NCBI RefSeq assembly: GCF_003334305.1
Contig: NZ_QOWS01000048.1
Direction: 5' to 3' (one strand)
Source of the DNA: Escherichia coli
GTDB lineage: Bacteria; Pseudomonadota; Gammaproteobacteria; Enterobacterales; Enterobacteriaceae
Length of the DNA stretch: 7,079 nucleotides
Shown: piece after piece, positions 1 to 5,942 of the stretch
Layout of the letters: every line of letters begins with the position of its first letter
How positions within the stretch are numbered: the first letter of the stretch is position 1
The notes under the pieces: generated by a model
Database searches by the model: none
The model's input: only the letters and a program-made list of their open reading frames with translations
Told to the model about the DNA's origin: nothing
Program-made: the position numbers and the translations under genes

Positions 1-183
1 TCACGCCTGAAGGGAAAGCTGCACGTTATCAGCAAGCGTTACACTCAGCGCATTGAGCGACATAATCTGAATCTGAGGCAGCACCTGGCACGGCTGGGAC
101 GGAAGTCGCTGTCGTTCTCAAAATCGGTGGAGCTGCATGACAAAGTCATCGGGCATTATCTGAACATAAAACACTATCAATAA
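1..183 (+). CDS. insB: IS1 transposase InsB (InsAB') C-terminal fragment; 5' end outside window
   Basis: Open frame from the window edge to TAA at 181-183; the encoded C-terminus ...[24 protein letters not shown] matches IS1 InsB as I recall it. Confidence 0.85.
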   Translation, partial: SRLKGKLHVISKRYTQRIERHNLNLRQHLARLGRKSLSFSKSVELHDKVIGHYLNIKHYQ

Positions 184-198
184 GTTGGAGTCATCACC
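176..198. repeat. IS1 right terminal inverted repeat (IRR)
   Basis: atcaataagttggagtcatcacc overlaps the insB stop codon, as in IS1, and is the near-reverse-complement of the IS1 left end GGTGATGCTGCCAACTTACTGAT. Confidence 0.7.
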
Positions 199-981
199 TA
201 CAACTGGGTACAGCATGAACCCTCAGACAGAAAACAAAGTGATGAGCGGCTAAAACTGGAGATTAAGGTGGCACATATCCGCACTCGCGAAACATATGGA
301 ACCCGGCGGCTCCAGACGGAGCTGGCAGAGAATGGCATCATCGTTGGTCGTGACCGACTGGCACGTCTTCGTAAGGAGCTAAGGCTACGCTGTAAGCAGA
401 AACGCAAGTTCAGAGCGACTACGAACTCGAACCACAATCTGCCAGTTGCGCCAAATCTGCTGAACCAGACGTTCGCTCCTACAGCACCAAATCAGGTCTG
501 GGTGGCGGACCTGACGTATGTTGCCACACAGGAGGGATGGTTGTACCTCGCTGGCATCAAAGATGTTTATACGTGCGAAATTGTCGGCTACGCCATGGGA
601 GAGCACATGACAAAAGAGCTGACAGGTAAAGCCCTGTTTATGGCGCTCAGGAGCCAGCGCCCACCTGCCGGGCTAATCCATCACTCTGATCGAGGTTCAC
701 AGTACTGCGCATACGATTACCGGATCATACAGGAGCAGTTTGGTCTGAAAACATCAATGTCGCGTAAAGGTAACTGTTACGACAACGCTCCGATGGAAAG
801 CTTCTGGGGAACGCTGAAAAATGAGAGCCTGAGCCACTATCGTTTTAATAACCGGGATGAAGCCATCTCAGTAATACGGGAATACATTGAGATTTTCTAC
901 AATCGTCAGCGTCGTCACTCTCGTCTGGGGAATATCTCCCCGGCAGCCTTCAGGGAAAAATATCATCAGATGACTGCTTAA
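199..981 (+). CDS. IS3-family transposase OrfB (DDE integrase catalytic domain), 5'-truncated
   Basis: The six-frame ORF 268-981 is open in-frame back to 184, with no start codon of its own. Product has IS3-family OrfB hallmarks: ...NQVWVADLTYV...EGWLYLAGIKDVYTCEIVGYAM..., HHSDRGSQYCA..., SMSRKGNCYDNAPMESFWGTLKNE..., YNRQRRHSRLGNISPAAF. Close to but not identical with IS3, IS150 or IS911 OrfB as I recall them. Confidence 0.85.
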   Translation, partial: YNWVQHEPSDRKQSDERLKLEIKVAHIRTRETYGTRRLQTELAENGIIVGRDRLARLRKELRLRCKQKRKFRATTNSNHNLPVAPNLLNQTFAPTAPNQVWVADLTYVATQEGWLYLAGIKDVYTCEIVGYAMGEHMTKELTGKALFMALRSQRPPAGLIHHSDRGSQYCAYDYRIIQEQFGLKTSMSRKGNCYDNAPMESFWGTLKNESLSHYRFNNRDEAISVIREYIEIFYNRQRRHSRLGNISPAAFREKYHQMTA

Positions 982-1023
982 AAAAGAACAAATGGTAGTG
1001 TCCGCTATTGCCAGTACACCTCA
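199..1023 (+). mobile_element. IS3-family element (possibly IS600-like), 3' portion only; 5' part displaced by the IS1 end at 198/199
   Basis: OrfB-type DDE transposase reading frame 199-981, then a putative right terminal IR whose reverse complement reads TGAGGTGTACTGGCAATAGCGGACACTACC (plus 994-1023, ending ...CA at 1023), typical of IS3-family TG...CA termini. No orfA or left IR is present between the IS1 end and orfB. Confidence 0.75.
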
Positions 1024-1223
1024 GGTATCAAAAAGCGATAGATGCAGCTAATACACGACATAACCAAGAAATAAATCATTAAACGACAACACTTAATACC
1101 ATATTGTGAAGATGTTCAGACATGGCGGAATTCCCCTATTCTTTGTTGGCGCTTACAACAGACTATATTCCGCCATATCTGTCTTTATTGTGTATAAACC
1201 ATCGATACTGATGTTTGATAGTG

Positions 1224-2522
1224 CTAAATAATCATTGGCGCAATCACAAAGCCTAATGCCACTCCAGCAATAATTCCCCCCAACCCAGGCAGCATAAATG
1301 GATGATTCAGCACATATTTGCCTACACGAGTTGTGCCGGTAGTATCAAATTCCATGGCAGCCAGTGATGTTGGATACGTTGGCAGTACAAATACTCCGGT
1401 GACGGCCACATAGGACGCCAGAATTGCCCAGGTGGGCACGTCAAGCGCGACGGCAAGCGGGATAATTAACGGCGTGGTCGCACCTTGCGAGTAGAGCAGC
1501 GCGCAAGTGCCAAAAAGAACCAGCGCCAACAACATCGGATACGCCTGCAAAATATCACCAGCAATATCTTTAATCTCAGTTAAATGCGCATCAATAAAAG
1601 TGGTGCCTAAGGTTACAATGCCGAGAATTACCGCCAGCGAACTCATCCCCGCACGGAATGTGGAGGTGAGAATAATGGCATCGGTCGCCGTCTTACACAG
1701 CATCACCATCAGGCAGGCGGCAGAGAGCATACAGATAATAATGATATCGCGTGTTTCCATCGGTTTACCGATATCAAAACCCGGACGCAGTTGGGGGAAG
1801 GCAGCAAGAATAACAATAGCGACCGTCGCCAGCAGGAACAATCCGACGGAGAGCGTCGCACCTGGCTTGATGCTGCTATTATTCTCGTATTTTTGCACCA
1901 GTCCTTTTTGCAGGCGCTCAAGGTAGACCTCGTCATCCTGCAACTCACATCCCTGTCGGGAAGCAATAAAAGCGGCGACCATCGCGGCAGCAAAAGAGGT
2001 GGGAAGACATACCGACATCACTTGAATAAAACTGACACCGTTTACCTCCATAATAGTGAGCATAGCCGCCATTGCGGCGCTGATCGGCGAACCGGAAATC
2101 GCAACCTGCGAAGCGACAACCGAACCGGCAAGCGTGCGGGAAGGACGGATACCGGACTCTTTCGCCACTTCAGCAATCACCGGCAGCGTGGAAAAAACAA
2201 TAAACCCAGTACCGGCCATAATGGTCATAGACCAGGTGATAATCGGCGCGATTATGTTGATATATTTCGGGTTACGCCGCATAAAATTACCAGCGACGCG
2301 TACCAGATAATCCATTCCGCCTGCGGCCTGTAAGGCTGAGGCCGCCACAACAACGGTCATAATAATCAGGATCACGTCGACTGGCGGCGACCCCATAGGC
2401 AGACCAAATCCCAGAGTCAGAATGGCAAGCCCAAGCCCGCCACATAAACCAATACCGATTCCCCCCTGGCGAATACCAAAAAATATTGCACCAAGTACTA
2501 CGATAATTTCCAGCCAAACCAT
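1224..2522 (-). CDS. Anaerobic C4-dicarboxylate transporter, DcuA/DcuB family (432 aa)
   Basis: The 432-aa product aligns along its whole length with E. coli DcuA as I recall it (N-terminus MVWLEIIVVLGAIFFGIRQGGIGIG... versus DcuA MLVVELIIVLLAIFLGARLGGIGIG...; RRNPKYI, TLPVIAEVAKE, LPTYPT, GTTRVGKYVLNHPF motifs). Strongly hydrophobic throughout. GGAG Shine-Dalgarno 7-8 nt upstream of the ATG at 2522. Confidence 0.9.
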   Translation of the reverse strand: MVWLEIIVVLGAIFFGIRQGGIGIGLCGGLGLAILTLGFGLPMGSPPVDVILIIMTVVVAASALQAAGGMDYLVRVAGNFMRRNPKYINIIAPIITWSMTIMAGTGFIVFSTLPVIAEVAKESGIRPSRTLAGSVVASQVAISGSPISAAMAAMLTIMEVNGVSFIQVMSVCLPTSFAAAMVAAFIASRQGCELQDDEVYLERLQKGLVQKYENNSSIKPGATLSVGLFLLATVAIVILAAFPQLRPGFDIGKPMETRDIIIICMLSAACLMVMLCKTATDAIILTSTFRAGMSSLAVILGIVTLGTTFIDAHLTEIKDIAGDILQAYPMLLALVLFGTCALLYSQGATTPLIIPLAVALDVPTWAILASYVAVTGVFVLPTYPTSLAAMEFDTTGTTRVGKYVLNHPFMLPGLGGIIAGVALGFVIAPMII

Positions 2523-2587
2523 AATGTTCTCCGTTATAAATATAATTCAGTTAAAAGCGAATAACTTTCTGGCTGCGATTTAAATGA

Positions 2588-3307
2588 TTATTGGGTTAAA
2601 AGATAATGTTTACCGACACGATTTTCGTACCATTTTATTCCGGCACGAACGAGTGACGCCGTTGAGTCAATATAGCGGGAAGGCTGCTCTTTAACGGCTT
2701 GCGCCAGAATAACCGGAATTTCTGTACAACCAAGAACAAGGATTTCTGCACCGCGAGAAAATAATATTTCAGCCTGCTCATTCATCAACTTTTGTGCGTG
2801 CGCTATATTGCCAGCTTTCAAGGAATAAATACTTTCCATCACTTTTTTCTGACCGTCGGCATCGGGGCTGACACAGGTAAATCCCAGCGACTCAATTCCT
2901 TTTTGGTATAAACCCATATATAGCGTGGCATTGGTGGCTAACAAGCCAATTCGGGTTTTACCACAGGCGCGAACTTCATTGATCGTAGTTTCTACGATAC
3001 TTAATATATCAATATGACAAGCATCTTTTAATTCTTTGAACCAGTAATGCGCGGTATTACAGGGAATAACAATACATTCTGCCCCGGCATCTTCCAGCTT
3101 ATGCATATAATCACGCATAACGGGTAATGGTGAACGCCCATGATGCATTAATGCATCGGTACGGTCAGGAATATCCGGGATCGAAGAAATAATTAAAGGA
3201 ATATGTTCCTGATCACATTGTGCAGCGGTAAAAGTTACAAATTTATTAAACAGGTCGACGGTAGCTGCCGGCCCCATTCCACCGAGTACACCAATTAAAC
3301 CTTTCAC
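2588..3307 (-). CDS. Asp/Glu racemase-family enzyme, aspartate-racemase-like (239 aa; GTG start)
   Basis: Signature motifs of PLP-independent two-cysteine amino-acid racemases: GVLGGMGP near the N-terminus, IVIPCNTAHYW (first catalytic Cys) and LVLGCTEIPV (second catalytic Cys). Start codon is GTG at 3305-3307 with a GAGG Shine-Dalgarno ~10 nt upstream; an in-frame stop lies 4 codons further upstream. Only 65 bp separate it from the downstream Dcu gene on the same strand, with no terminator seen, so the two are probably co-transcribed. Confidence 0.85.
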   Translation of the reverse strand: MKGLIGVLGGMGPAATVDLFNKFVTFTAAQCDQEHIPLIISSIPDIPDRTDALMHHGRSPLPVMRDYMHKLEDAGAECIVIPCNTAHYWFKELKDACHIDILSIVETTINEVRACGKTRIGLLATNATLYMGLYQKGIESLGFTCVSPDADGQKKVMESIYSLKAGNIAHAQKLMNEQAEILFSRGAEILVLGCTEIPVILAQAVKEQPSRYIDSTASLVRAGIKWYENRVGKHYLLTQ

Positions 3308-3651
3308 AATACCTGCCTCTCAAAACGTTAATGACAATACGCGGTAAATAACTGCTGCTCTCTTTTTTAACAGTCGAAATGGGCGATGAGAAATGCAAGG
3401 TTGTACAAGGCGATGCAAGACACGCATGATGCAGCTATGGAACATTCCGCTTATTCACCATAGTGATGATGTATTCTGGTTATCTGACGGAAAAATTTCG
3501 TTTTTTTGGCGAAATGTGATATCAACGTCAATACCGGAAATGAAGGGGTTATGCACAAAACGAATGATAAAGGCCAGGTTGTGCTAATTGAGAACATTAT
3601 TTTTATTGCCGGGATGTTTTATTATGTCTTTGGATTGAAAATACAGGTGCC
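3308..3651. promoter_or_regulatory. Divergent promoter/operator region between the racemase-Dcu operon and the LysR gene
   Basis: 344-bp non-coding gap between divergent start codons. Contains three 10-bp-phased direct repeats (atgcaagg 3393-3400, gtacaagg 3403-3410, atgcaaga 3413-3420), an overlapping ATGC-N7-GCAT dyad (3413-3427) and a TCAC-N4-GTGA dyad (3455-3466) with LysR-type T-N11-A spacing. Confidence 0.5.
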
Positions 3652-4596
3652 ATGGTAATGAAGAATATCGAGACAAAATGGTTATACGATTTCCTGACAC
3701 TGGAAGCCTGTCGCCATTTTTCTCAGGCGGCAAAAGAGCGTAATCTTTCGCAACCCGCATTCAGCCGACGAATTAAGGCGCTGGAGGCAGCGATCGGCGT
3801 TGTTTTATTCGATCGCACGACCACCCCTTTACAATTAACCGAAGAGGGCAAGCTCTTTCATTCCCAGACTCGCAGCTTATTACAGCAGCTTGAATGCAAT
3901 TTGGGGGAGTTAAACGGCCAGAGTTTACTCGGCGTTCCCAACATTAAAATTGCAGCCGCGCACTCACTATCCCTGAGCGTATTACCCAAACTGGTGCATT
4001 CACTTACCGCCTATGGCGGAGAATTTGTCTATCATGTTGAAGCCATTGATGTTGTCCAGGCCGTAAATACGTTACGCGAAGGCAAGAGTGACTTTATTAT
4101 TTCGTTTCGCGATGAAGATCTTATGCAATCGCCTTTTTGCTGCCTGAAACTGTTTGAATCTGAGTTGTACCCGGTATGTGCCGCCGACGCACAGGGGCAC
4201 CCTGTATTCGATATCACTCAGCCCCAGGTTCCTTTGCTCAACTATACCGCCACATCTTATATGGGCAGGTTGGTCAATCGTCATCTGGCAGAGGTTGGAG
4301 GTATTACCGGGCGCACGATATTTATCTCTTCGATGAGCGAGTTATTAAAGAATATGGCGCTCAACGGATACGGCATTGCCTGGTTACCGATCTGGTCGAT
4401 CGTCGATGAACTACAGACCAAACGTCTGATATGCCTTGATGCTGCTAAATTGACAGTCCCCATTCAGGCTTATATTTACCGAATGAACACCCGACTGAAT
4501 AGAACCGCCGAGAACCTCTGGCGTATTTTACAGGAACATATGCCAGACGATTTAATCCAGCAGATATCAATGGAAGAGCCAGCATGCCGCAATTGA
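3652..4596 (+). CDS. LysR-family transcriptional regulator (LTTR), YjiE/HypT-like; true start more likely the ATG at 3658
   Basis: N-terminal winged-HTH region (...LEACRHFSQAAKERNLSQPAFSRRIKALEAAIGVVLFDR...) followed by a LysR-type substrate-binding domain. The N-terminus resembles what I recall of E. coli YjiE (...NIETKWLYDFLTLE...). An AGGTG Shine-Dalgarno at 3645-3649 sits 8 nt before the ATG at 3658 but only 2 nt before the ATG at 3652. Confidence 0.9.
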   Translation: MVMKNIETKWLYDFLTLEACRHFSQAAKERNLSQPAFSRRIKALEAAIGVVLFDRTTTPLQLTEEGKLFHSQTRSLLQQLECNLGELNGQSLLGVPNIKIAAAHSLSLSVLPKLVHSLTAYGGEFVYHVEAIDVVQAVNTLREGKSDFIISFRDEDLMQSPFCCLKLFESELYPVCAADAQGHPVFDITQPQVPLLNYTATSYMGRLVNRHLAEVGGITGRTIFISSMSELLKNMALNGYGIAWLPIWSIVDELQTKRLICLDAAKLTVPIQAYIYRMNTRLNRTAENLWRILQEHMPDDLIQQISMEEPACRN

Positions 4597-4613
4597 CGAC
4601 GTGCAATAAATAT

Positions 4614-4637
4614 CCTCCGGCATAGCCGGAGGTTTTT
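4614..4637 (+). terminator. GC-rich hairpin plus T5 tract 18 bp downstream of the lysR stop (probably the IS200 right-end hairpin)
   Basis: CCTCCGGC-ATA-GCCGGAGG perfect stem (4614-4632) followed by TTTTT (4633-4637) has the form of an intrinsic terminator for plus-strand transcripts. By my boundary estimate it lies inside the IS200 right end. Confidence 0.6.
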
Positions 4638-4713
4638 CAAATGCGCCTATAAGGCTCTCTTACCAGCCGCGCCCTAACAGGCGCACACGATCTGACATTT
4701 GCATCCAACTTCG

Positions 4714-5173
4714 TTACTTACGGTCCGTAAACGGGCTGCCCGGACAGGGAATCGATAACTGCTCTCCCATTTTATCCTCTTCAAGCTGGTGCTTTATGTA
4801 ATCCTGTATCTTCGCCGTGTTCTTACCCACTGTATCGACGTAGTCCCCCCTGCACCAGAACTCCCTGTTCCTGTATTTGAATTTCAAATCACCAAACTGC
4901 TCGTAAAGCATCAGACTGCTTTTCCCTTTCAGATATCCCATAAACCCGGATACGCTCATTTTGGGCGGGATCTCCACAAGCATATGGATATGATCTGCAC
5001 AGCATTCAGCTTCCAGAATCCGTACGCTTTTCCACTCACACAGCTTTCTCAAAATACTGCCTGTTGCTCTACGCTTCTCTCTGTAGAACACCTGTCTTCG
5101 GTATTTTGGCGCAAAAAACTATGTGATATTTACAGTTCCATCGGGTGTGCGCTAAGCTCTTTTCGTTCCCCAT
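4714..5173 (-). pseudogene. tnpA: IS200 transposase tnpA (Y1/HuH), apparently frameshifted
   Basis: ATG at 5173 (minus) opens MGNEKSLAHTRWNCKYHIVF, then the frame changes at a T6 run (plus A6 at 5113-5118). The remainder ...FAPKYRRQVFYREKRRATGSILRKLCEWKSVRILEAECCADHIHMLVEIPPKMS...FWCRGDYVDTVGKNTAKIQDYIKHQLEEDKMGEQLSIPCPGSPFTDRK* is in another frame (six-frame ORF 4714-5091). The intact IS200 TnpA as I recall it reads through ...KYHIVFAPKYRRQ..., so this copy appears to carry one extra T. Confidence 0.75.
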
Positions 5174-5179
5174 TGGGAC

Positions 5180-5249
5180 CCCCTTTTGATTTCTTGTTTG
5201 ACACTTGCAGTTGCCAGACCGCAAGGTGTTTTAACAAATCAAAAGGGGT
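5180..5249 (-). promoter_or_regulatory. IS200 5'UTR stem-loop that sequesters the tnpA ribosome-binding site
   Basis: Perfect 13-bp inverted repeat: CCCCUUUUGAUUU pairs with AAAUCAAAAGGGG across a ~44-nt loop on the minus-strand transcript. The 3' arm contains the AAGGGGG Shine-Dalgarno just upstream of the AUG at 5173. Matches the described IS200 nt 69-138 structure. Confidence 0.7.
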
Positions 5250-5283
5250 TTTAATAACTGGCTCAAAGCTGAAAGCTTTCCGG

Positions 5284-5306
5284 AACCCCCAGCCTAGCTG
5301 GGAGTT
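5284..5306 (-). promoter_or_regulatory. IS200 left-end hairpin (described as blocking read-in transcription)
   Basis: Minus-strand AACTCCCAGC-TAG-GCTGGGGGTT forms a 10-bp stem (one G.U pair) with a 3-nt loop, 23 nt in total, at the position expected for the IS200 nt 12-34 hairpin. Confidence 0.55.
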
Positions 5307-5316
5307 TTCTGTGCAC

Positions 5317-5344
5317 AAAAAAACCCTGTAAAAAACTTACAGGG
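5317..5344 (-). terminator. Perfect palindrome plus T7 tract (minus-strand intrinsic terminator) abutting the IS200 left end
   Basis: Minus strand reads CCCTGTAA-GTTTT-TTACAGGG followed by TTTTTTT (plus 5324-5344 stem-loop, plus 5317-5323 A7): an 8-bp perfect stem with a U-tract. Confidence 0.55.
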
Positions 5345-5942
5345 GTATAAGGCTTAGCCTAACTTGCGTCTGTTGCATGGTGCCGGGTGCCTCCCGGTGA
5401 ATTCAGTCGGTGTCACTGAACCCGCGTAGGCTTCGCTCATAACATAATAAATGCTATGTACACCAGTCGCCCCACCGCACAGGGGGATTCACCACACGGC
5501 GCACTTTTTAACAAATATCCCTCCGGCCAGACAATAATAAACATAATGAATTGTGATCTTCTTAACAGTTTTAAAGTGTTACAGATAACATGCCAAGTAA
5601 TTGCTTGTTTTTTCATCAATAGGAAGACCACACCAACAACCCCAGCTATCAGCCAGAACCGACATTATCCGGCTGATAAAATCTACCATCACTCCAACAC
5701 CAATCACCGCCTGTGCCAGATCGCGTTTCTCAAACTTTTTAATCTCTGTTGCCACTCTGCGGGTTTTCTTTTTGAATTTTGAAAATACCAAATATCGTGA
5801 CGTTTCTTTGGGGGATGAGCTATCAAGCGGGAACGATCTGCCTACAGAGAAAGTCAGCCAGACCACTCTGCAAATTATCCCCGAAAGGCTCTGTGGCTGA
5901 TATGCGCCGGGCATGGCGCAATGGGCCAGTGGCAGTGTGTGA

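Larger units (their letters stand above)
1..198 (+). mobile_element. IS1, 3'-terminal ~198 bp (rest lies upstream of the window)
   Basis: Frame-1 translation of 1-183 gives ...[60 protein letters not shown], which I recognise as the InsB C-terminus; it is followed by an IS1-type terminal repeat ending ...GTTGGAGTCATCACC at 198. Recognition is from memory, not a search. Confidence 0.85.
4611..5317 (-). mobile_element. IS200 (IS200/IS605 family), ~707 bp; boundaries approximate to within ~10 bp
   Basis: Encodes the IS200 Y1 (HuH) transposase and carries both 5'UTR structures described for IS200: a 10-bp stem / 3-nt loop hairpin at element nt 12-34 (plus 5284-5306) and a 13-bp RBS-occluding stem (plus 5180-5192 paired with 5237-5249). 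Boundaries were placed by matching these to the published positions (nt 12-34 and nt 69-138). Confidence 0.85.

Noticed and set aside
198-606. Minus-strand ORFs 198-437 and 385-606 inside the IS3-family orfB
   Set aside because: Antisense to a well-supported transposase reading frame; no ribosome-binding site and no recognisable motifs.
1507-2517. Five ORFs overlapping the Dcu transporter gene (plus 1507-1926, 1791-2333 and 2056-2310; minus 1709-1993 and 2287-2517)
   Set aside because: All lie within or antisense to a gene with a strong full-length family match. Their products are low-complexity, Arg/Ser-rich sequences with no motifs, typical of wrong-frame translation of a membrane-protein gene.
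3527-3542. tgtgatatcaacgtca as a possible CRP or FNR site
   Set aside because: Only one half-site (TGTGA) fits CRP and the second half (CGTCA) is a poor match; the spacing is wrong for the FNR TTGAT-N4-ATCAA consensus. Too weak to call without a scoring matrix.
3393-3587. 64-codon plus-strand ORF in the divergent intergenic region
   Set aside because: No convincing Shine-Dalgarno sequence, Cys/Arg-rich composition, and overlap with the direct-repeat array. Kept only as a low-probability small-protein candidate under the leader-region finding.
4032-4463. Five short ORFs (60-77 codons) on both strands inside the LysR gene
   Set aside because: Overlap a confidently assigned regulator gene in alternative frames; no independent support.
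4789-5331. Plus-strand ORF 4789-5331 (180 aa) and minus-strand ORF 5130-5318 (62 aa) within IS200
   Set aside because: The first is antisense to tnpA and the second runs through the IS200 5'UTR hairpins; neither is part of known IS200 organisation (a single tnpA). They are treated as frame artefacts, although IS200 does have a described antisense RNA that I did not try to map.
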